IMG/VR virus record: IMGVR_UViG_3300031576_000004
Coordinates: 64,001-128,000 of that record
Strand: one strand, 5' to 3'
Length of the DNA stretch: 64,000 nt
Source of the DNA: a virus
The notes under the pieces are model-generated. The model was not told where the DNA came from and did not search any database. It saw nothing but the letters and a program-made list of their open reading frames with translations. Positions 27,842-39,000 of the stretch are shown one piece after another (positions within the stretch are counted from its first letter, which is position 1; each line of letters opens with the position of its first letter). A program made the position numbers and the translations under genes.

Positions 27842-28072
27842 CTACTTCTTTGTTAACAAGTGCTTGGCGTAAGGATAGGCCAATGTCCCAAGGCCAGCAA
27901 TGTCCATTGCGCGCATCCACTTGCCATGTTTCTTTTCTGCCTTAGGGTTAGTAATTGATAAGGCGGCGGGAGCGGCAATAAGACCAAGACCAATGAGCTC
28001 TCTAATGGCTTCAGGATTGCCTCCAGCAAGCTTGGAGAATTCATCCATGAACCCATCCATCTTCTTACTCAT
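27842..28072 (-). CDS. small putative virion protein
   Basis: GFMDEFSKLA motif plus hydrophobic helices. Confidence 0.6.
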   Translation of the reverse strand: MSKKMDGFMDEFSKLAGGNPEAIRELIGLGLIAAPAALSITNPKAEKKHGKWMRAMDIAGLGTLAYPYAKHLLTKK

Positions 28073-29801
28073 TAGTTCCCCTCAGCATCTTTAGGGCATT
28101 GCTGACCTTAACCAGGGCTTCCATCGCGGTCTTGATTGGCTTCTCTTCGATCTTGGCTCCGATCCTTGAGGCAATCAAAAGATCTGCCAGATGAGAGGCG
28201 GCCTTCTCATACTGAGGAATGTGGCTGACATAATCAGCAACGTTCTCTTCGTTAATAAAGTTAAGACTTAGCACTGTATCAACTACGCCCTGGTCAGGAA
28301 GTTCTGCGGCGCACTTAATAAGTTCGCCACAGTCAAACCGAAGCGAGCCTAAAGTGGTCTGTATCTTGTGGTTAGCTACTTTAACAGGCTCCTCAAGGAT
28401 GACATCGTTAACGACGACTTTCCCATTCTTCATAGCGCGGAACATGGCTTCCTTGATGGCAGGCTCAGTGTAGCGCTCGCGCAGGAAGTTGAGAGCTTCC
28501 TTCCTTGTGACTCCCTCGCGAAGGCTGGAAACCTTAACGCTCTCTCCGCTGAACGAGAATGAGTGCCCGTCGCACTTGATCTCAAGGTTGCGCCCGCCAA
28601 CCTTCCGGATGCCATCCAGCATCGCAATATTGAATGGGTTATCCTCAAGCTTTGTTACGTTCTTCAGGGTCGCGATCTTCATCGCGGTCGGGACATATGT
28701 GATCCCTTCCTGACTGAAGATGTTCTTAACCTTATCACTCTGAACAATCTTGAAGCTGTGGCCGAATGTGTCCTGGACACCCCACTCGCGCACGCCATCA
28801 TTGGCTGTTTTTGCCATGACCTTTACTGGAGTCGTAGCCACGGAAGTCGTGCCGCGCTCAGTGAAGAAGAACATGGTGTCGCCTAGCTTCGGATCTTCGC
28901 TCGGAAGATTGTGAGCAATCCCAGCCTTGAAGCCGGCGAGCTTCTCCTGGATGGCGCAGCGATCACCCTTGAAGATCACTTGGTCCTGGCGGTTCAGGCT
29001 GTAGTCATAAACATTAGGGAATACAACCCCCTCAACACGTTCGCCATTCGGCCTGACTGCAGCATATTTCGCAAAGGTATCAGCCATGACGGGCACTTCA
29101 GATTCCATAATAGAAATGTCATGCCTTACGCGTGGTGTTACCCGCAGTGCTGCGGCAGTCTTCTTTAGGCCAGAGCGCTTCTTAGCGTGGGTGAAGGCCT
29201 CCTTGATGACGCCAATTGTTCCATTAACAGCCATGGCAGCCGTGGACGACTTATCCTCAGCAAACTTCTCAAGCATGAACTTTACCTGGTCCTCGTGTAG
29301 GTCTACGGCCTGCAGGATGGACCCGTATGTCCGACCCTCGATGTGGATCTCCTTCTGCGCGCCATTAACATTGGCATAGGTATATTTGCCATCGTAAGGT
29401 GGCATGGTCCTGTTGTAGATCAGGGAGTCAACGTAGGCGTCCTGCTTCTGGTTCTGTGGCTTGCCCACGTCTGTCTTCATTAGAACCGTCTCTAGGGTAT
29501 CCTTGGTCAGAGGATATGCCGAGCCTGCTTTCAGGAAGACGTCCAGCGGAGACATCTCGCCCTTCTTGATAATCAAAGGTACATTAACATCGACGCCAAG
29601 CTTGATGTACCCGTAGGCATATCCCTTCTTGGCGTCGGCCTTCTTGATAATTACCTCAACATCCTTGTTGGCCATATAAGGGTGCTCTTCATTGAGGATC
29701 TGAATGATCTCGGCATCCCACTGCTCTGGCGTTCCAGAGAGCTGGTGGTTAGCTACCTTCTGAAAAGAGTTCTTCTCAATGAATAGATTTTCGAGATCCA
29801 T
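28065..29801 (-). CDS. putative virion head/internal protein
   Basis: 578 aa; SD GGAGG; repeated KxA motifs. Confidence 0.65.
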   Translation of the reverse strand: MDLENLFIEKNSFQKVANHQLSGTPEQWDAEIIQILNEEHPYMANKDVEVIIKKADAKKGYAYGYIKLGVDVNVPLIIKKGEMSPLDVFLKAGSAYPLTKDTLETVLMKTDVGKPQNQKQDAYVDSLIYNRTMPPYDGKYTYANVNGAQKEIHIEGRTYGSILQAVDLHEDQVKFMLEKFAEDKSSTAAMAVNGTIGVIKEAFTHAKKRSGLKKTAAALRVTPRVRHDISIMESEVPVMADTFAKYAAVRPNGERVEGVVFPNVYDYSLNRQDQVIFKGDRCAIQEKLAGFKAGIAHNLPSEDPKLGDTMFFFTERGTTSVATTPVKVMAKTANDGVREWGVQDTFGHSFKIVQSDKVKNIFSQEGITYVPTAMKIATLKNVTKLEDNPFNIAMLDGIRKVGGRNLEIKCDGHSFSFSGESVKVSSLREGVTRKEALNFLRERYTEPAIKEAMFRAMKNGKVVVNDVILEEPVKVANHKIQTTLGSLRFDCGELIKCAAELPDQGVVDTVLSLNFINEENVADYVSHIPQYEKAASHLADLLIASRIGAKIEEKPIKTAMEALVKVSNALKMLRGTNE

Positions 29802-29811
29802 CGAATCCTCC

Positions 29812-31098
29812 TTAAATTGCTTGCGCTATCGGAGAACCAGTAACTGCAAAGCCTACACATGGCCCAAACGGCCCGTTCACTATTATAATGTCTACGAACG
29901 CCCGAACAATAGGAAGTCCTGATCCAGGGATCTCAGACCCCAATGTTAGCGGTCCGGTGGTCCCAATACCCATTGATTTCGCCCTAATACTCACATCATA
30001 AGCAGCTGCATCTATCGGGATAATTGTTCCAGGCGCAGCTGGGCCATCAGGTGGTGGCTCGTACGGAACGAACTTAATTGGGTTGACGGATATCTCGTGG
30101 AGAATTGCAGAGACATGCCTGGTACCTGAGACATGCTCTCCCCTCAATTCCCCGAATACATCCATCCTGCTTGTCCCAGATACATATTGGGAATGCGTCC
30201 CAGCTGGGTCATATTCGTGATCGTATTTCTTTATTCCGCCAGACTCTACGCGCTCTTTAAAATGCCCGTCCTTTGCGATCTGGCGCTCATAAGTTCTCTT
30301 CCCATGCACCGGATCTGCAGCAGACTCTGCCTGCGATGGGTCCTGCATCCGCTCGGCATAGAAGTTAACCTTGGTTCCAATCTGCCGAATGAACGTCGGG
30401 CGCTTATCAGTTACCAGGTTCCTGTAGGTTGACTCGTGGTCCACATGGTCAGCGTCGTTCGTGACCATATCAGTCATGCCTGGCGTGATCAGCTTGTAAT
30501 TAATGCAGATGTCTGCAATTGTGTTCTTGAGAACTGAGAACACGCGCTGACATACCGCATTAGCATAATGAAGGATATCGCCGCTGGCATATACGATCGA
30601 CTTGTTCCCAGCCTTAGTTTTGCTGATAGAGTCGCCTGGCTGGAGATCCTCGTCTGTGTTGTTATAGGAGACCTTCCTTGATCTAGACGAAGACTTGGAT
30701 GTCCTGTTGGCAGACTTCTCTGGGAATACGTCTTTCAGTCTGTCATTGATGGCTGTTTCGTTAGTGGTCTGAATCCTTCCGTTCTCCTGAGTCGCCGCAA
30801 ACGTGGCATCTCGGTTAACTCGTGGAAGGAAACCAATAACAAAATAGGTATCAATTGTCCTAGCCATGACAACCTTAGAATCTATCTCTGGAACAACGTA
30901 AGTGCCATATCCACCAAGAGATTGGTAGTATGACCTCATTACTGGGATGTCTTTTATAATTGAGCCGCTGGAAGTGGACCTAACTGTCACGAGCCCTCGG
31001 CTAGCATCGACGTCAAGAACAGTCCCGACAGTTATCTCTGTCTCTTTCGGGAAGTAAAAGTCTTCCCTCTGTGGCTTCTTTTCCTGGGTATAAATCAT
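29812..31098 (-). CDS. baseplate spike/gp5-gpV-like protein
   Basis: N-terminal OB-fold-like GTVLDVD...PEIDSKVV...VIGFL followed by beta-rich repeats. Confidence 0.55.
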   Translation of the reverse strand: MIYTQEKKPQREDFYFPKETEITVGTVLDVDASRGLVTVRSTSSGSIIKDIPVMRSYYQSLGGYGTYVVPEIDSKVVMARTIDTYFVIGFLPRVNRDATFAATQENGRIQTTNETAINDRLKDVFPEKSANRTSKSSSRSRKVSYNNTDEDLQPGDSISKTKAGNKSIVYASGDILHYANAVCQRVFSVLKNTIADICINYKLITPGMTDMVTNDADHVDHESTYRNLVTDKRPTFIRQIGTKVNFYAERMQDPSQAESAADPVHGKRTYERQIAKDGHFKERVESGGIKKYDHEYDPAGTHSQYVSGTSRMDVFGELRGEHVSGTRHVSAILHEISVNPIKFVPYEPPPDGPAAPGTIIPIDAAAYDVSIRAKSMGIGTTGPLTLGSEIPGSGLPIVRAFVDIIIVNGPFGPCVGFAVTGSPIAQAI

Positions 31099-31485
31099 TT
31101 CAACCTAACATTTTATCCAGATTGCTCCCTATGGTCAATCAGTCTAACAAGCTCCTGCACAAAGGCATGTTTAGAGTGAACGTTTGTAAATTCAGTCACA
31201 TTATATATTTCGGTTCCATTGTGCAATGGGATCTGACCCCAGCTCACGCTTTCGGCATGGGTTGGACGCCCTTGTCTCCAATCACTAGTGGCAGGCCCAG
31301 GCCCACCGCCATGAAGACCTTTAACGCCAAGTATCTTCTTTTTCAGCTTTTCTTTGTTTTTCATTCTTCTGAACTTCTCTTAGAAGATCTTCGTCTAGCA
31401 TTATCTCCCTAGTGTCACAGACGACACAGACCTTAAAATCTTCTATATTCGCTCCGCACTTCGAACAGGTTGCCATTTGTTTCTC

Positions 31486-33057
31486 TCATTTCATTGGTGA
31501 ATTCTCGGGGACGCTGCCAGCCTCATCGGCCCCGATGGTTTTTAGTGCCGGTGCTCTTAGAGCTCCGGATGGGAACTGCTCCTGAGCCTGGACCTTGGCA
31601 TAAAGACCTCTGTATGCCTTCGGGTTCTCCCACATCTTCTTCCTAAGCGCATGAGAGAATCCGGTCCCGACTTTGCCGACGACATCCGAAGTAGGCTTCA
31701 TGCTATATGTGAAGCCGCCAGCCATCTTTCCTTTCATGCCGCCGCCTGCAGGGAACACATCCCTGATGACGACATCATAAACTGGCTTTATTTTAGCTTT
31801 AATTGGTGTCTTGGGTTCATCTAGGTTCCAGAGAACTACGCCCTCCTTTGTCTCCGGATGCCTCCCAGCTTTGATCTTCTCAAGGAGCTTTTCTTTTTCG
31901 CTTGGCCCGTGTGCTTCCGCTGGGAGCTCGAAGATCTTGGGTAGCAACTTTCTAACTTCCTTAAGAGCTTCGAGCCTTTCTCTGTAAGGCTTTTTAGAGT
32001 AGTCCTCTCCTCGAAATCGCTCCACATCAAAGACAGCGTTTGCCATTTCGACAGCTTGCTGCTTTTGCTTTGTTCTACTGAGGAAAACCCCGCTATTAAG
32101 GAGCCCGCCCAAGTCCTTAGCTGGGATAGCTTTTCCTGAACTATGTTTGCGGGCATATACTTCTCCCCTCAGAATTGTGTCTCCCAGTTCCTTGGGAGCT
32201 CTCTGGCCTACGAGCTTTGGAATCCTATACGTGTGCTGGATAATACCTGTTTCTCGCTCTGTTGGTCTATGGGAAAAGGCCTTAATCTGTTTCCCTGGAG
32301 TGAGGTGATAGCTCAAATGAGCCCCATCAATCTTTGCCTGCATTAGATGTGACTTGTCTTCCATGTTGATCTGGTCTGGCTTTATATCTTTATAGTCCTG
32401 CTTGCTCGTTGGAACCTGTGGGTGCGTTTCCTTGGTTGGCGTCCGATTCATTAGAAGCCAGCCTTTATCCTTCAGCCTGACAAGCGTGTATTCCTCTGTG
32501 TCTTTGCCTGGATATAGGTTGAAGTTAATCTTATTGTTTGTGGCCTCAACAACCTCGGCGTCTTCCCTGCGATGCCGATAGACCATGCCTTTCCCGTACC
32601 CAGTCTTTAGCTCTCCGGCAAAGTCAAAGTACGGGATAGTGTGGGTCGGCTGCTGGACGGCATAGGTTGACTTGCCAGGTTTCGGAAGCTCTCTGGTAGC
32701 CCAGGAATGCCCATAGCCAGTCTGAGGATCTCCGAGCCTAACATCAAAGTGCTTTCCGGCCCTTGCAGCATGATGCTCCTGCACAACGAACGGCCAGAAG
32801 TCCTCAGTCTCCGTGGTTACCTTCCTAATTGGATGAAGCTTCTTGTCTAGAGGTATTCCTGGGGCGAATTCGCGATATTTTTTATTCGGATTCTCGGTGG
32901 ATATCTTCGTGAATTCTTCCACGAACCCGCTCATCATCGCCTTCTTAACATGCTCCGGAAGGTTCTTCTGGCCTGGATGCTCATGAGCCCACCTAGAGGC
33001 GATGTCTGGTTTCTTTGCCCATAGTAGCCTGCGCTGGGCTTCTGAGCGAAACGGCAT
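31486..33057 (-). CDS. LigD-type 3'-phosphoesterase fused to an ATP-dependent DNA ligase
   Basis: FVVQEHHA...HFDVRL...SWA (PE domain); AKIDG, LRGE, VFDV, EGVV, VGTGFS (ligase and OB fold). Confidence 0.85.
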   Translation of the reverse strand: MPFRSEAQRRLLWAKKPDIASRWAHEHPGQKNLPEHVKKAMMSGFVEEFTKISTENPNKKYREFAPGIPLDKKLHPIRKVTTETEDFWPFVVQEHHAARAGKHFDVRLGDPQTGYGHSWATRELPKPGKSTYAVQQPTHTIPYFDFAGELKTGYGKGMVYRHRREDAEVVEATNNKINFNLYPGKDTEEYTLVRLKDKGWLLMNRTPTKETHPQVPTSKQDYKDIKPDQINMEDKSHLMQAKIDGAHLSYHLTPGKQIKAFSHRPTERETGIIQHTYRIPKLVGQRAPKELGDTILRGEVYARKHSSGKAIPAKDLGGLLNSGVFLSRTKQKQQAVEMANAVFDVERFRGEDYSKKPYRERLEALKEVRKLLPKIFELPAEAHGPSEKEKLLEKIKAGRHPETKEGVVLWNLDEPKTPIKAKIKPVYDVVIRDVFPAGGGMKGKMAGGFTYSMKPTSDVVGKVGTGFSHALRKKMWENPKAYRGLYAKVQAQEQFPSGALRAPALKTIGADEAGSVPENSPMK

Positions 33058-33059
33058 GA

Positions 33060-36000
33060 CTATTCCTTCTGATCTCTCTGGTCGAATAGCGCTCTAGCTG
33101 GACTCTTGTCTTCCTCTTCCGCTGGAGTGTCCCCACGCGCATGCCCTTTAGCCTTTAAGCCTTTCTTAGGATCAGTCCCAGCATTAGCCGCGCCCTTGCT
33201 GGTCTTCTTTGTTTCTCCAAGATTACTTCCTGAGGCTTCAAGATCTCTGCCCTTCATTCCAGGCTTATCATTGAAGTTCCCATCTCCTCCAAATTCCCTA
33301 ACACCGGCTTCATCTGGCTGACGCGCTCCGAGCCCCTTGTAGCCTCCGCCACTAAGCTTTTCCATCTCTTCAAATTCAATCTCATCAACAAGCTTTAGCT
33401 CGGCTGTCTTCCCGAAGTTAGCGCCATAGGCATAGGCAGCAACTGGGCTCCCACCTACGATATCGGACTTCCATCCCTGCGAAGCGCCTTCCGTTAGGGT
33501 CCCTGCAAGGCGCTGGAAATTAAGCCTGGATAGCCAGTCCTCGCTCATTAGCGGGAATGTATTAATGCCCTTCATTACTGATTCGAACTTGATCGGGCTC
33601 TTCGCAGTCTCGTTGTGCTTCTCAAGATGACTGACTGTTGTGTAATCCCCAGGAGAGAACGTGGCATGGTCGCCTGGATCTAGAATCCTTGCCTGGTTCG
33701 TGAGTGGACGAACAATCGTCTCAAGAAGGCGCTTCTTAACGCCAACTCCCTGCCCAGCATACTCCTTATGTAACTCATCAACGAGATACCTCTGGGCGGA
33801 GAAGACTCCTTTAAGCTCCATTAATTCCTGAGGCTTAAGAACTCCGTCGCTCAGAGAATCCCCCTTAATGACCTTATCGCCAACATTAACCTTCATTGTC
33901 CTGCTGGCTGGAACATGATGCTCTTCCCCGCCAACGCTGATATGCCAACCTCCAACAGGAGCCTTCTTAATTGTGTCTACCTTGCCAGAGACTGTAGAGA
34001 GTGTTGCCTTGTCTCTTACGATCTTTGGCATCTCAAGAAGCTGTTTCACCCTGGTGAAGCCGGACAGAATGCCGCCCTGTTCACCAGCGATGCCTCCAGT
34101 GTGGAATGTCTTCATGGTCATCTGTGTGGCCGGCTCTGTAATTGTATGCCCAGCAATAACACCGATGTTTTCGCCTGTCCTAAGAAGCTGGCCATTCTCG
34201 GTAAGACCAAAGCACGTCGCACATGTTCCATGCATCGATTCGCAGGTAAGAGGTGATCTGACCATCAGGCTCTTTATCAATGGATTCTTTGACAGAATAT
34301 TCGGAGTAATTAACGTGCCTCGTGTAATCGGGCCTGACGTTTCGGATACATATCGATCCAGAATATCCTTGTCAGAAGTGCTCATGCTAATGCCGCGCTT
34401 TGTTCCGCAATCCTGCTCTGTTATGCGATGAGATACCGTAGAGTTCATTAGCTCTTTAGCGAACGCTCCTGGCTCACTGGTCTGCAGAGCGCGGTCCATC
34501 ATGCCTTTACGGGCTCCTGCAGTAGAGATCCAGTAATCCCCCATGTCCAAGCCCTCTGCGTAGGACTTTGTAATGGGCATCGCAACCGTGCGGTCGCTTG
34601 TATCCTTAACAAGAATAGGAGCAACAACCATCTGACGCAAGTTACCCATGGATCCCTTAGCGCCTGAATCCTGCATGTCATACAAAGAGTTCTGCTTCAG
34701 GCTGAAGACGCTCTTCAGAGCCGTATTGATCCTAGTCGTCGCCTTGTCGTACGCTCCGATAATAGATTCCTTCGTGTTCCCGCCCTTCTTTGCCTCTGCT
34801 GCGGCTTCATCGAAGATGTCTCCCTTAATCTTAGGATCGAACTTGAAGTCATCCAAGCCAACAGAGAATCCCTGCTCATAGACAGTCTGGTTACCAAGGT
34901 TCTTTAGCTTGTGTACGACTTCGGCAAAAAGCTTCGGGTCGTCTTTGTTAATAGAATCGAGAAGATCATTTAGCGCCTTGCTGGTTAGGATAAGGTCATT
35001 GTTCCTATACTTCTGTGGAATGACTGCATTAACAACAAGCTTTCCAACGGTTGTCTTTAGGCCGCGGATAGTTACCAGATCAGAGGGCTTTATCTTCCCG
35101 TTCTTGTATTCCTCTAGAGCCTGCTCCGCTGTAGTGAATACCTTCTTAGTGTCTACGCCGCCCTTGGTAAGCATATAGAGACCCAGCACAGCCTCCTGAC
35201 CTGGGACATGCATAACCTGGTTGTTTCTTGGATTATAAACGTTGTTGCTAGGCAACATCGAGAAGGACTCCTTGCGGGCCTCCTCAGTTACAGGAACATG
35301 GATAGCCATGGTATCGCCGTCGAAGTCAGCGTTGAACCCCTTAACAACGAGAGGGTTCAGGCGTATGGCTTTCCCTTCAACAAGCTTTGGCTGGAACGAC
35401 ATAATGGAGAACTTGTGCAGAGTCGGAGCCCTGTTTGCCATCACCGGTCTATCCCGCATGGCGATCTCAAGAGCCTTTCGTGCAACAGGAGACTTGTCCT
35501 CAAGTTCCTTGCGGGCATCAAGCGGCTTGTAGCCCTGCTGGTGTAGTTCTTTAATCGCGAACGGCCTGTAGATCTTCCAGGCCATGTCCTCAGGAATCCC
35601 GATCTCATCCAGCGTCAGCTGTGGCTCAGGGATAATTGTGGACCTGCCTGAAATCTCTTGTCTGCGACTAATGATCCGGTTCTGGAAGAATCCTTCCTTG
35701 TTCCTATTGCCTTTAATGGTCTCAATGAGTCCGCGGTATTCTCTATTGGTTAGGGTATCACCTAGACCAGAGACGCCCTTCATCCCCTGGTAGAGATCCT
35801 TCCTCAGATTCTTCAACTCAGAATCAGGAATACCTGCGGCCTTTGAGTCCTTGATCGAGTTATTAACTGCGATCAGATCCTTGTAGAGAGCGTTAACGTC
35901 AGAGACAACGAGGTTCCCGTCTTCAAGCGGATAGATCGGACGGAACTTCGGCGGGATAACAGGAACGTTCTTTGTTATGTAAACATTCGGATCCTGCTTG

Positions 36001-39000
36001 TTATCCTTCAGGGCCTTAAGGTAGCGGATCTTCTTGTTTGCCTTATCGAGCTCGTCACCAGTCAAACCCTTTGCATCACCAACTGCTCCGGCTAGATCCT
36101 TTGTGACGTTAACCTTATCAAGCAGCTTTTTAATGGCGACGCCGCCAGTTACAGATCCAGCTTCATGGGTCGCAGTAAATCCATGCTTCTCTGAGTAGTA
36201 AAGCTCACCAGAGATTAACGCGTCGTACTGAGACCCAGTCAGGCCTGTAATCGTTTTAATGGCGTTCTCAAACATCGGGTTAGGGAGAGCCTCTGAGAGC
36301 TCGATGTGGGACCACTTAGACCCAGCATGCCCGCCGGTAATATTGGGATCGAACAAGCCATCCTTCTCTGGCTGTAGGTTCTTTCCCTTGATGATCTTTG
36401 GCTCCTTAATTTCGCCAGAGCTCATCGAGCGCACTTCTTTATCGGTCATGGGAACAAGCTGCATGTTGTTCCCGTCTTTCTTGACATCTACGCCGGTGCC
36501 CTTCACCATCGTTATGAACTTCTCGAATGCGAAGGGGACCTTTGGCGCTGGAAGTGACTGGCCTGTCTGAATGGCGCGCCAGAACTCCTCGTTCTTCTCG
36601 CTCTTGTGCGTAGCCATTTCACGAAGGTTATGTTTTGCTCCGTGGGCAAGCATGGCGTAAAGATCTAGGGTTCCGATGGACTGGCCACCTTCTCCGCCAC
36701 CTTGTCCAGGCTGCATATCGGCCGTATAGCCGTCACGATCTCTCGCAGAGAACTTCTTCCTTGTCGGATGGTCAAGCTTCAAGATGTACTGCCTGCCAAC
36801 AAGAACAGGCGGAAGCTTCCTGTTGAGTTCTGGATCAAATATAGTTTCTTTGTCCGTAAGGCCAGCGTCCTTGAGGTCTTTCTGAACCTTCTCAAGGTAA
36901 TTGTCCTCAGAGAAGTTCCTAACTACATATGGCTTGCCAGTCTTATCAGCAATCTTGCCAGCTACGGTCTCGAGAACCTGCCCAACGTTAACGCGGGACG
37001 GAATCCCGTGAGGGTTCATTAGGATGTCTATCTTCGTTCCGTCGTTAAGAGTTGGGGTCTCAGCGTCAGATAGGATCTTCCCAATAATGCCCTTGTTTCC
37101 GTGCCGACCAACTAGCTTATCCCCTACTTTGGCTGGCTCTTCCGTAGAGATAAGGACCTCGATCTTTCCACCAGTCTTAACAACGTCGGTAACTGTCCCG
37201 ACGTCATCCTCTTCCCATGTGACGGATCGATTCTTATATGGCTTGATAAACGCCTTGTGCAGCTTGGAAAGGAGCACGTCGTCAGTTGTCTTCTCTTCCT
37301 TCCGCATTAGGGCAATAACGATTTCTCCATAAGCGACCTTTTCGCCCTTCTTAATTACTCCATCGGCATCATATTTTCCAGACTGCGCAACGCTGATGTT
37401 CTCTGGGTAATACGCCTTGAATTTGTCCAGGTTTAGAAGGGCATTCTGATCCAGCTGCGCCGACATGCGATGCATGTGCAATGACGTCAGCTTCTTCGCC
37501 GCACTCTCGGAGACAACAATGGCGTCTTCGAAATTGTAGCCCTTATATGGGACGTATGCCGTTACAAGGTTAGTCCCTAGGGCGATATGCCCGTCCTTCG
37601 TGTAATTAAGTTCATCAAGAAGCTGGCCCTTGGTTACCTTGTCCCCAACCTTAACCTGTGGGGCAGAGTCCAGATAGACCTTAGAGTTAAGTGGGTAGTG
37701 ATCATAAAGCGGATAACGATTTGTCTTCCCTGATTTCCCCTTAACAAAAACAGCGTCCTCGGTGACCTTTGTGACGGTCCCATCCTCATGGGACTTGCTC
37801 GTGTATCCAGCGCCAATCTTGCTCTCATAGGTGCTGCCCTGTTTATCTTCAACCTGAACAAGCGGGCGCTCTCTATGAAGAAGCGGGAGGGCCTGCTCCA
37901 TCATCTTTGAGGCCATCATGGCCCTGTTACCCTGGTCATTCTGCAGAAACGGGACCATATTTGTCGAAACGTCAAACATCGAGCTCGGTGATGGAATTAT
38001 ATATTGAACCTGTTCTGGCTTTACCTTGGCCACCTCGCCCTTATGAATTGCCTTAACTAATGGATATTTCGTGACGAATTTCCCGCCCTTAAGCTCATCC
38101 TGATATTGATCCCTAAACCCAACAACGACATCAAATACTTGGTTCGGAGACAGTTCTTCTTTAAGTCCAGTCTTGGCATTAAACAGGGCCGTCTTTAGGC
38201 TGTTACCTACCTTTGAAGCATTAAGCGCTAAGTGCAGAGTGGTTCCGATGGCCCCTGATTCTGGCGAATGAAGCGGGTCCAGGAATCCGATTGAAGAAGG
38301 GTGAACAGCTCGCGCCTCTGCGGTGACGGCATGCTCATTTCCAATGCCGCCCTCGCCCATGATGGTGACCTTGGTTGTCTCTCCTAGCATATGCAGAGGA
38401 TTAGTCTGCTCTGGTGTGTTGGATAGCGTCGTAGAGGTAAAGAAATCCTGGATGGGGGCATTGAGGGTATCAATCCCGATGATGTCCCTAATCCTGTCTT
38501 TCTTATCAATTACAAAGCCAATTCTAGCTTTAATCCTATTAGCGCTTTTTGTAATACGCTCAGCCACAAAGTCGTCTGTGGAATGTATTGTCTTGAACTC
38601 CAGTGAGTCCCTGTCATCAGGGGCTCTTTCGTTCCTGGATACGGTCAGGATGCGCGCAGACGTGCTGAGAAGCATATCTGCCGTCACGCTGGCGAACGCC
38701 GTCCCCAGCGTCATTTTTGTCGTCTCTGGGTCGATCTTGGTGTCGTTGAAATAGTTTGATATCGCGGCGATTGAAGTAGCTAGATCTGGGGCTGCCTTAT
38801 CGAAAATAGCCCTATAAAGCTTGGCTATTTCCTTGTCGTAATTACCACCTTTGTTCTGTGCGGCTAGATCATTACCCCAAGCGCCAGCGATCTTGGCCTC
38901 TGTAATCCCAAGGGCCATGAGAGCGTGGTATAGCTTTACGTTGGATGTCCCTACATTTAAATAGAATGTTCCGCTTGTAGGATCAAGGATAATCTTGAAA

